Of a DNA stretch of 52,378 nucleotides, positions 1 through 8,069 are shown piece by piece (within the stretch, counting starts at the first letter, position 1; every line of letters begins with the position of its first letter). The DNA is taken from positions 1 through 52,378 of the forward strand of contig JAQUSD010000003.1 in the NCBI GenBank assembly GCA_028715295.1, in the 5' to 3' direction. A program made the translations under genes and the position numbers. Source of the stretch: Candidatus Nanoarchaeia archaeon (lineage in GTDB: Archaea > Nanobdellota > Nanobdellia > JAQUSD01). Below the pieces are notes generated by a model. It saw only the letters and a list, made by a program, of their open reading frames with translations. It did no database searches and was not told the origin of the DNA.

Positions 1-751
1 GAGTTTTATTTTTTGAAATACTTGTAGATATATAACTCGCCTGTGAAGGGCCTAAACCAGGAACAAAACCAAGTATAACAGACGCAAGAACACCCGAAAA
101 AAGACTTTTTACAACCACACTTCTTTTAATATCCACAGCAACATTTTTCATCTGCTTTGGAAAATCAACTTTTTTACTTATGTTTGATATCACTGAACTC
201 AACCCAAAGAGTCCTGTAAGTAGGGCAAGCAGAGGCTGCTTCAATAAATCATTTGTTAGAACAGCAAAACCAAGAACTCCCGAAAGCATAAAAACAAAAA
301 AACTTTGTTTCGGCCTGTCAGCAAAAATCATATTCGCCGATATAAATATTAAAAACATCTTTACAAACTGTTTAAGATTTAATTGAAGAAATTTTATAGT
401 TTCTGAAAGAAAAAACAAAGCAACCATGCACAGAAGCAGAGCACCAAGGCTTCCAATACTTGTAAGCTTTAATGCTTCTATAATCCTGCCTTCATAAAGA
501 AAACTCGACGTTTTTGCAGAAGCAAGTTCACTTCCATCTTCAGGTATATTTAATAAAAGTGCAGGTATAAACTCAAAAAAATTATGCGAAACAGCCATAG
601 CAGTTATAAAACAAATCCAAAAAAGACTGTTTTCTGAAAAAGCAAAAAAAATCAGAAAAGAAGCAACTAAATTTATATGTATTCCAGGGATAACCCCCGT
701 AACAATACCAGAAAAACATCCTAAGATAATCCCTATCAGGACACTAATCAT
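1..751 (-). CDS. TctA/DUF112-family archaeal multi-pass membrane protein, 3' end runs off the window
   Basis: Not in the ORF track. ATG at 751 (plus-strand CAT 749-751) reads MISVLIGIILGCFSGIVTGVIPGIHINLVAS...SHNFFEFIPALLLNIPE; GxxTGxxPGIHxN is typical of this family. Confidence 0.75.
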   Translation of the reverse strand, partial: MISVLIGIILGCFSGIVTGVIPGIHINLVASFLIFFAFSENSLFWICFITAMAVSHNFFEFIPALLLNIPEDGSELASAKTSSFLYEGRIIEALKLTSIGSLGALLLCMVALFFLSETIKFLQLNLKQFVKMFLIFISANMIFADRPKQSFFVFMLSGVLGFAVLTNDLLKQPLLALLTGLFGLSSVISNISKKVDFPKQMKNVAVDIKRSVVVKSLFSGVLASVILGFVPGLGPSQASYISTSISKNKT

Positions 752-785
752 ATTTTTATATAAAATAACTAAAAGTTAATAAAAA

Positions 786-1334
786 CTAGTTAAAATAGGT
801 AAACCTTATTTTTGTTTTATAAGATACATACCCTCTTAAGAAGAAATAAAGCACAGACATGGTAATAAACGCAAACATATTAGACATTAATCCTTCCTGA
901 ACCAAAATTCCAAGAGTTGAAAGAACAACACACATTATAATATCATTTGTAACCCACATTTTTTTCCATATCCTCCATACATCCTCTTTCATGACTTTAT
1001 ACTCAATATACGTTGAAACAGCATCTATTAAAAAGAAAAAGGCAAAAGCTATGTAAAAAGCATAAGATTCAAGAACAGCAAAGTAAACCGTTGAAAAAAT
1101 AAGAACAATAACACCAAAATCAATGAAAAGTTCATAATCATCATGCTTTTCCTTACCTTTTGAGCTGTTTGTTTCAAACCAGTAGTCAATAAAAATCAAA
1201 TAAATAACAGCAAACTGTACATAACCCCAAAAACTGCTGGAATTTGCTATGAATTGTATGCTCAAAGCAAGTATAATTATGAAAACAACATCAATAAATC
1301 TGATTTTGAACTTATTTTTTTCAGGCGTTTTCAT
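786..1334 (-). CDS. Multi-pass membrane protein, weak TMEM175/DUF1211-like N-terminus
   Basis: About 5-6 hydrophobic segments; RFIDVVFIIILAL and IFIDYW. ATG 1334 preferred over GTG 1349. Confidence 0.6.
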   Translation of the reverse strand: MKTPEKNKFKIRFIDVVFIIILALSIQFIANSSSFWGYVQFAVIYLIFIDYWFETNSSKGKEKHDDYELFIDFGVIVLIFSTVYFAVLESYAFYIAFAFFFLIDAVSTYIEYKVMKEDVWRIWKKMWVTNDIIMCVVLSTLGILVQEGLMSNMFAFITMSVLYFFLRGYVSYKTKIRFTYFN

Positions 1335-1357
1335 AGTTAATAATAGCACTTGTTTGG

Positions 1358-1669
1358 TTAAATAAGTTTATGTCCTTTTATTTCAATCTCACCTTTGTAA
1401 AAATCAACTCTACCGCAAACAGTAATGTCTGTAGATTTGTTAACAAAAATATCTCTAAAGAAAACAACCTTAACATTTGAAATATTATTCAATAAATTGA
1501 ATAAGACATAACCCTCCCCGTTGTATACATTTTTAGCATAACCATTAACACACACATTAGAACCAACATCATTTTTATTCAGAACATCCATTTCTTTGTA
1601 TTGGATATTATTCGAAAGAAAAAAGATTAGCAGAATGCCAGCAACAGAAAAAATAACTAATTTCTTCAT
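1358..1669 (-). CDS. Small OB-fold protein with N-terminal membrane anchor/signal
   Basis: Hydrophobic residues 4-19, then VCVNGYAKNV...VKVVFF...ITVCGRVDFYKGEIEI, the G-x-V-x-x-Y/F-x-G-x-x-E-I pattern of OB nucleic-acid-binding folds. Confidence 0.65.
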   Translation of the reverse strand: MKKLVIFSVAGILLIFFLSNNIQYKEMDVLNKNDVGSNVCVNGYAKNVYNGEGYVLFNLLNNISNVKVVFFRDIFVNKSTDITVCGRVDFYKGEIEIKGHKLI

Positions 1670-1672
1670 GTG

Positions 1673-2824
1673 TTATAACCTTTTTTCAAGAGCAATAAGA
1701 TTATGTAATTTGTTATTTTTAATAAGCAGGGTATCTTCAACCCGGATTCCATATCTGTTTGGGAAATATAATCCCGGCTCAACAGCAAAAATCATGTTAT
1801 TTTTAAAAGTTTCATTATTGAACATTCCAATACTTGGGTTTTCATGTATGTCCAAGCCAACACCATGTCCAAGCTGATGTATAAACCCCTCTTTAGTTTT
1901 CTCATCCTTCCTGTAAGTCATATGTCCTTTTGATTCAAAAAATGAACACGCCCCATCAAAAACGTCCTTTATCTGTACATCTTCAAGTATCTTATCGGCA
2001 ACATAATCGTATGTGTTTATAACATCACTGTAGACTTTTCTGACTTCTTTATCAACATTACCTATTACAATTGTGCGGGTCATGTCTGTAAAATAAAGGC
2101 TTTCATGACAACGAGGATATAAATCAATAACTATTGGTGAATGAGATTTAATAGGAACACAATCATCTCCTTTATAGTGCATATTCGAAGATTTTGGGCC
2201 TGAAGCAACAATCATATCGTCCGTATTTTCAAGCCCTTCAATAACCATGTTAATCTTGATGTATTTTTTGACATCGCCAACAGTAACCTTTTCATTGTTT
2301 TTATAAACAAAATTAGAATCTGTCTTAGAGTCTTTGAAGTAGTCAATTGTTTTCTGCATAACTTTTGAAGTTCTTTTTGCTGTATCCTTCATAAATGATA
2401 TCTCCTCATCATCTTTTGTAGCCCTCGCAATAGAGACGGGATTTATTTCAGGATAATCAATACCTATCCCATTAGACTTCATCCTGTCAAATAATTTTCC
2501 TGGAACAGAACCAAACGCAGAAAATTTTTCAATGCCCTCCTCTTCCATTATTCTTTTAATACAATTCATATAAGCGTCTATTCTGCCAAACTCCCTTGTT
2601 TTTGAAATTATATCATAATCAGTATAGTATCTTACATCACCGGAGTACTCTTTTTCAGGCCATGTAAGAAGCACAGGTTTTTTACCAATAGTTTTTATAA
2701 CAAATGAAGAAGAAGTTACCTTGTTCTTTGTGAGGTAATATATATTTGTATCATTGAACTTTCCATGGAGGATAATAGCTTCAACACCCATCTGCCCCAT
2801 AAACTCATCAAGTTCTTTTAACAT
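1673..2824 (-). CDS. Xaa-Pro peptidase, M24B family
   Basis: Metal ligands in DLYPR, TDMTRT, HQLGHGVGLDIHE, EPGLY, RVED. Confidence 0.92.
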   Translation of the reverse strand: MLKELDEFMGQMGVEAIILHGKFNDTNIYYLTKNKVTSSSFVIKTIGKKPVLLTWPEKEYSGDVRYYTDYDIISKTREFGRIDAYMNCIKRIMEEEGIEKFSAFGSVPGKLFDRMKSNGIGIDYPEINPVSIARATKDDEEISFMKDTAKRTSKVMQKTIDYFKDSKTDSNFVYKNNEKVTVGDVKKYIKINMVIEGLENTDDMIVASGPKSSNMHYKGDDCVPIKSHSPIVIDLYPRCHESLYFTDMTRTIVIGNVDKEVRKVYSDVINTYDYVADKILEDVQIKDVFDGACSFFESKGHMTYRKDEKTKEGFIHQLGHGVGLDIHENPSIGMFNNETFKNNMIFAVEPGLYFPNRYGIRVEDTLLIKNNKLHNLIALEKRL

Positions 2825-2876
2825 ACAGATAAAAGTGATAATAAACTTAATAAAACTATGTTACACACAAAGTAAC

Positions 2877-3686
2877 ATGAATAGAATAATTGACTTTCAC
2901 ACTCATTTAGCATTGCAAGCTGAAACATACTCCAAAGTTCTGAAAAAATATAATATAGAAACAGCAGTATGCATACCTTATGACTTTGGAGAGTTTACAT
3001 TCGAACAACTCCTTCATGAATTAAATAATAAACCTGAAGAGTGGGCAAATGGAGTACTCCCAAAATCAGGAAATTACATCAAAAATGTTCTGCAAAGACT
3101 CATCAATATAAATCTTAGATTTCTTGGAGAGATAAAATCCAAAAAAAATATTATCCCAGCGCCATGGATTAGCCCTGAATGTGATGGGCTTGAAGATTTT
3201 ATTGAAAATCCAGAAATCAAAATAATAAAATTTATTCCTGTGCTGGATAATGCAACAAAAGATTATTACACACAAAAAATAATTCCTTATGTTAAACATG
3301 CGGTTGATAATGATAAACTAATAATGATACACACGGGATGGAGGGCAAAAGTAAAACCAATAAGCAAACTGGCCGAACAGTTCCCCCAAGGAAAATTTGT
3401 AATAGCACATATGAAAGAAGACGATGACTTTATGGGACACGATAGGTTCGCTGTTTTAAAGGATAATAAAAATGTATATGTTGAAACATCTTATGGACAA
3501 GGGCCTCATAGAATAGAAACGTATGTTAAGGAGGGTTTTGGTAAAAGAATATTATTCGGTTCAGATTTCAGAACATCAACATCTTCTCTTGAATGGCAGA
3601 TTGGGATGATTAACCTTTCAGAAATAAGTGAAGAGGAAAAACAAGACATATTATACAACAACGCAAAGAAACTTCTAAAAATCTAA
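2877..3686 (+). CDS. Amidohydrolase-family (TIM-barrel) metallohydrolase
   Basis: IDFHTH, IHTG, AHM, ILFGSDF. Start moved to ATG 2877. Confidence 0.85.
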   Translation: MNRIIDFHTHLALQAETYSKVLKKYNIETAVCIPYDFGEFTFEQLLHELNNKPEEWANGVLPKSGNYIKNVLQRLININLRFLGEIKSKKNIIPAPWISPECDGLEDFIENPEIKIIKFIPVLDNATKDYYTQKIIPYVKHAVDNDKLIMIHTGWRAKVKPISKLAEQFPQGKFVIAHMKEDDDFMGHDRFAVLKDNKNVYVETSYGQGPHRIETYVKEGFGKRILFGSDFRTSTSSLEWQIGMINLSEISEEEKQDILYNNAKKLLKI

Positions 3687-4210
3687 ATCTTTCCTATCCA
3701 GTCAACAAAGCCGTATTTAGGACTCTTTAAACCTTTTAACGCTTTTTCAAGAGTTTCTTTTTGTGTCCCCGTTGTTATAATTTCACACGCACGGTGTTTT
3801 TTTTCAAGAGCTTCTATTAAACAAACATCAACAGCCTCAGCCTCAACATTCACTTTTATTTTTGCAGAAGAATAACCCCTCTTAAATAATCTTTTTCTCA
3901 ATATATCAGGAGAACATCTTGTTACAAAACAAATATCAACATATTTTTTATTTATATTGTGAATCAAATGAGAAGAAACCACCAGTTTGTTTTTTGATTT
4001 TTTAATTAAATCCTCAACCTTTTTTTTGAATTTATTAATATCAATAACATCACAATCCCCCAAAAAATCCCTTTTTATAATTAATACTTTATTCTTTTTG
4101 ATAAAATCGTGGATATCAATAAAATCATATTTTAATTTTTTAGCAAGATTTTTTCCAAGAGTTTTCTTTCCTGTGCCCGGGGTTCCTGTTATTATAATCG
4201 CTTTCATCAT
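3683..4210 (-). CDS. Archaeal adenylate kinase, AK6/Fap7 family
   Basis: ITGTPGTGKKT P-loop, SSHLIH, LRKRLFKRGY, NVEAE. Confidence 0.85.
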   Translation of the reverse strand: MMKAIIITGTPGTGKKTLGKNLAKKLKYDFIDIHDFIKKNKVLIIKRDFLGDCDVIDINKFKKKVEDLIKKSKNKLVVSSHLIHNINKKYVDICFVTRCSPDILRKRLFKRGYSSAKIKVNVEAEAVDVCLIEALEKKHRACEIITTGTQKETLEKALKGLKSPKYGFVDWIGKI

Positions 4211-4815
4211 ATATCTATAATAACCCCATTCTTACCTACATTTATTATTTTTGTTCTTCCTATCCTATCTGTAAGTCCGGCGGTTTCGTGTATGTGTCCG
4301 CATAAGCATAAATCAGGCTGAAGTTCTTCAATGGCCTCTCTAACACCTTCACTCCCAGCAGGAACTCCCAAATCATCAACCTTTGTATCAAAAGGAGGAG
4401 CATGAGTCACCATTATTTTTTTATTAAGATTTTTTATTATTTCATGGCTGTATTTTAATTTATTTTTTGTATATGCATCATCAAGCTGGAACAAACCAAT
4501 ATTCGCCCCTCCGCACCCAAAAAAACCAACATCATTTTTTACATGTGTTTTGCAGTGAATGTTTTTGATTAAAGGTTTGTATAATGCTGAAAGAAATTCA
4601 ACAGTAGCGTCAGTTTCATGATTTCCTGGAATGATAAGGGTTTCAATACCATTGTCAGCAAGAAGTCCAACCATGTTGTCAGCATCAAAATCACTCAAAA
4701 GAATATCACCGCAGAGAACTACTACATCAACTTTATTCTCCCCGGCTCTTTTTACAATCCGCTCTATTGCTTTTCTATCTCCATGAATGTCGCTTGCAGC
4801 TAATATCTTTGTCAT
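4207..4815 (-). CDS. Metallophosphoesterase (Icc/calcineurin-like)
   Basis: SDIHG, CGD, GNHE, THAPP, GHIHE. Confidence 0.9.
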   Translation of the reverse strand: MTKILAASDIHGDRKAIERIVKRAGENKVDVVVLCGDILLSDFDADNMVGLLADNGIETLIIPGNHETDATVEFLSALYKPLIKNIHCKTHVKNDVGFFGCGGANIGLFQLDDAYTKNKLKYSHEIIKNLNKKIMVTHAPPFDTKVDDLGVPAGSEGVREAIEELQPDLCLCGHIHETAGLTDRIGRTKIINVGKNGVIIDI

Positions 4816-4840
4816 TTTAAAAGCACCTTCTGTTATGTTT

Positions 4841-6130
4841 TTAAGCTTTTTGTTTATTTTTTAATTTGACTTCTTTAATACCCAACATATATTCCTGAAG
4901 AACTTTTGGTATTCTAAAACCCTCATTTGTTTGATAATTTTCAATAATACAGCATATTGTTCTTTGTATTGCAACAGCAGTAGCATTAAGTGTGTGTATA
5001 TATTCAGATTTTAAATGAGGCTCGGGGCGGTACTTTATACCTGCTCTTCTAGACTGATAATCAGTGCAGTTGCTACATGAACAAAGTTCTCTATATTTCC
5101 CCTGCCCAGGAAACCATCCCTCTAAGTCATATTTTTTAGAAGCAACAACACCCAAATCCCCAGTACATATATTCACAATCCTGTAAGGTATTTTAAGGGC
5201 TTTGTAAAGTTCCTCGGCATTGTTTATCAATTCTTCATGAAACGTCCAGGAATCTTCTGGTTTTGAGAAAATAAACTGTTCGATTTTATCAAACTGGTGA
5301 ACCCTGAATATCCCTTTTGTATCCTTCCCATGAGAGCCAGCTTCTTTTCTAAAACAGGGACTCACACCCGCGTATTTAAGAGGAAGCTTTTCTTTTTCAA
5401 TTATTTCATCCATATGCATTGAACCAAGTGGATGTTCAGCAGTTGCAATAAGATGCAAATCCTCTCCTTCTACTTTGTATATTACATCTTCAAAATCAGA
5501 CAGCGGAACCATACCCTCCATAGCTTTTCTTTTAATCATGAAAGGAGGCTCAATAAGTTCATAGCCCTTTTTGAATAAATGTTCAAGAGCAAATCTCTGC
5601 AGAGCCAAATTGAGAAGCACAAGTTCATTTTTAAGATAATAAAATCTTGAACCGGAAACCTTTGCAGCCCTTTCAATATCAGCAATCCCCAGACCTTCAA
5701 GTATTTCAGTACTGCTTTTTGGATTAAAATCAAATTCAGGAAATTTACCCCATTTTCTTATTTCAACATTTTCACTGTCATCAGAACCATAAGGAACACT
5801 TTCATGGATCAGATTTGGAAGAAGCTTTCTAAGTTCATTTACCCTCTCCTCAAATTTTACAACCTTAATCTCTATTTTATTTATTTTATCTGTAATCTCC
5901 CTTGTTTCCTTTATTTTTGCTTCTTTATCTTTTTGGGAAACACCTCCAAGACTTCTTGAAATAGCATTTCTTTTTGCTTTGAGTTTTTCAGCTTCCTGCA
6001 AGGCGACTCTCCACTTTTTATCATAATCAAGCAAATCATCAAGCATTTTTATTATTGAAGGATTTTTTCTTCTTTCAAAATTAGCTCTCACAAAATCTGT
6101 TTTATCTCTTATTAAGTTCATGTCCAGCAT
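4841..6130 (-). CDS. serS: Seryl-tRNA synthetase
   Basis: N-terminal coiled coil; LIATAEHPL, FRKEAG, GIFRVHQFDKIE, ELCSCSNCTDYQSRR, HTLNAT. Confidence 0.98.
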   Translation of the reverse strand: MLDMNLIRDKTDFVRANFERRKNPSIIKMLDDLLDYDKKWRVALQEAEKLKAKRNAISRSLGGVSQKDKEAKIKETREITDKINKIEIKVVKFEERVNELRKLLPNLIHESVPYGSDDSENVEIRKWGKFPEFDFNPKSSTEILEGLGIADIERAAKVSGSRFYYLKNELVLLNLALQRFALEHLFKKGYELIEPPFMIKRKAMEGMVPLSDFEDVIYKVEGEDLHLIATAEHPLGSMHMDEIIEKEKLPLKYAGVSPCFRKEAGSHGKDTKGIFRVHQFDKIEQFIFSKPEDSWTFHEELINNAEELYKALKIPYRIVNICTGDLGVVASKKYDLEGWFPGQGKYRELCSCSNCTDYQSRRAGIKYRPEPHLKSEYIHTLNATAVAIQRTICCIIENYQTNEGFRIPKVLQEYMLGIKEVKLKNKQKA

Positions 6131-6278
6131 ATTAAAGAAATAACAGACATCAAGATTTATATGTTTTCACATTAAGCCTTTGAAATTGTTCCTGTAAATA
6201 TATCTGTTAGTAGATAAACCAATTAGTTTATCTTCAAATTAACCTATTCTTAATAAGTTCTTAAAATAGAATAATTGT

Positions 6279-7145
6279 ATGCTGAAAGAAAACCGTTTAA
6301 ATTATAATCCAAACGTGTGGGTGGAGGTTCATGTGGCTCCGGTTAATACCCTTCAGGTTTTTATTACAAATAAATGCAATCTAAGATGCGAAGGGTGTTT
6401 TTATGAACATGGATTGGGAAAAGAAGAAATGTCTGTTGAGGAATATAAAGGAGTTATACTTAATTATAAAAATTTTATCCAGAAGGTTACTTTGCTTGGC
6501 GGAGAACCAACTCTGCATGAAAACCTTGAAGAACTAATTGATTTTAACAACAAAAAAAATCTCAGAACCACAATATACACAAATGGGGCAGGGATTAAAC
6601 GTCTTGAAAAAGTTAATTTATTAAACACAAGTGTAAGGATCGGTGTTTATGGTTCTTATTCAAGTGAAAAACCCCTTTCAAAAGTCAAAAAAGTCAATTT
6701 CCCACTAACAGTGCTTTATATGCTAAGAAAAGATAATATTGACGAACTTATGGAAACTGCCCTAATGGCTGAGAATTACAGCTGCGAAAAGTTCTTTATA
6801 TCCAGCATCAGAGATGTTGCTGACACTGGAAGTTATTGGAAAGACAATGATTCAACAATTCCTTTGGAAGAATACGCAAGTGTTATTCAGGATTTTGTTA
6901 ATAATTATAACGGAAATATAAAAGAATTGCATATCTCAAACAGAGGGGTGATATACGGAAAAAACAAGGAACAAATACCTGAATGCAGGTTTCTCAGTAT
7001 TTTTCCAAATAAAAAAGAAATTATCTGTCCCTTTGATATATCTCTTGAAAAATATTCAAAAGGGTTTGCTTTTGATTACACTCCAAGAAAATGTGATAAA
7101 CATACTTCCTGTTTGCTTTCAAAAATGGTTTTGAGAAGGAGATAA
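6279..7145 (+). CDS. Radical SAM protein with Cys-containing C-terminal domain
   Basis: CNLRCEGC (CX3CX2C), GGEPTLH, YTNG; C-terminal CRF...CPF...CDKHTSC. Confidence 0.88.
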   Translation: MLKENRLNYNPNVWVEVHVAPVNTLQVFITNKCNLRCEGCFYEHGLGKEEMSVEEYKGVILNYKNFIQKVTLLGGEPTLHENLEELIDFNNKKNLRTTIYTNGAGIKRLEKVNLLNTSVRIGVYGSYSSEKPLSKVKKVNFPLTVLYMLRKDNIDELMETALMAENYSCEKFFISSIRDVADTGSYWKDNDSTIPLEEYASVIQDFVNNYNGNIKELHISNRGVIYGKNKEQIPECRFLSIFPNKKEIICPFDISLEKYSKGFAFDYTPRKCDKHTSCLLSKMVLRRR

Positions 7146-7176
7146 TCTTTTATTGTTTCATATGCTTATACTACTC

Positions 7177-7527
7177 GTGTCATTAAAAGAAGTTCAGGAT
7201 AGGGTTGATAACTGGGTTAGACAATATGAGGTGGGCTATTTTAAGCCGTTTGAATGCATTGCATGCTTAACAGAAGAAGTTGGCGAGTTATCAAGGGAAA
7301 TCAGCCATCTTCACGGTTCAAAAAAGAAAAAACCAACAGAGGATAAAAAGGAATTAAGTTCAGAAGTAAGCGACGTTCTTTTCGCTTTAATATGTATAGC
7401 TAATTCAATGGGTATTGATATGGATGAAGCGTTTAATGAAACAATGAATAAGCTTGAAACAAGGGACAAGAATAGATGGGAGAAGAAAAATGAGAGCGTT
7501 CATAGCAGTGGATGTTCCTGTAAATAA
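7177..7527 (+). CDS. MazG-like nucleotide pyrophosphohydrolase (YpjD type)
   Basis: LTEEVGELSRE and EVSDVLFALICIAN. Start uncertain (TTG 7153, ATG 7162 or GTG 7177). Confidence 0.88.
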   Translation: MSLKEVQDRVDNWVRQYEVGYFKPFECIACLTEEVGELSREISHLHGSKKKKPTEDKKELSSEVSDVLFALICIANSMGIDMDEAFNETMNKLETRDKNRWEKKNESVHSSGCSCK

Positions 7528-8008
7528 TGAAATTAAGTCTGTAATTGAAAATCTCAGAAATATTGATACTTCACTTAAACTAGTTGCAGAAGGGAGTTTA
7601 CATATTACTCTTGCATTTCTCGGAGAAATCTCAGAGTCTCAGAAAGATGAGATTTTGCAGTTATTAAACGAAATCAACCACAACACCCTTTTTCAGGCAG
7701 AAATGAAAGGTTTGGAAGCAATAAGTCCTCAGTTTTTAAGAGTAATCTCTGTAGCTATAAATTCAGAAGAACTTGAAAAAACAAGAACAGAACTCGTTGA
7801 AAAGTTAAATAATTTAAAAATTAAAGCAGATAGTCATCCAGCACATTTAACATTAGCAAGAACGAGAACGCAGTTAAAGAAAAAAGAACTATTGCAATAT
7901 ATCAACGACAACAGGAACAAGTCATTCGGAACATTTCAGATAAGTAAATTAAGTTTAAAGAAATCAACATTAACACCTAAAGGCGCAATATACAAAGATT
8001 TGAATTAA
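7490..8008 (+). CDS. thpR: RNA 2',3'-cyclic phosphodiesterase (2H phosphoesterase)
   Basis: MRAFIAVD, HITLAFLG, HLTLAR, STLTPKGAIY. Start at ATG 7490; overlaps the MazG gene by 38 nt. Confidence 0.92.
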   Translation: MRAFIAVDVPVNNEIKSVIENLRNIDTSLKLVAEGSLHITLAFLGEISESQKDEILQLLNEINHNTLFQAEMKGLEAISPQFLRVISVAINSEELEKTRTELVEKLNNLKIKADSHPAHLTLARTRTQLKKKELLQYINDNRNKSFGTFQISKLSLKKSTLTPKGAIYKDLN

Positions 8009-8069
8009 AGATATATACAGCATTTCTGTCAAAACATTTAAAAATACGATTAAAATCAATAGATTATCT

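Noticed and set aside
6279-7145. Prokaryotic viperin or QueE assignment
   Set aside because: It lacks the viperin N-x-H...CNYxCxFCF context and the QueE F-I/V-R-x-x-GC motif.
7628-7641. Isolated AATCTCAGAGTCTCA in thpR (and GTCTCA at 51364)
   Set aside because: Far from the cluster and at or below the number expected by chance; counted as background.
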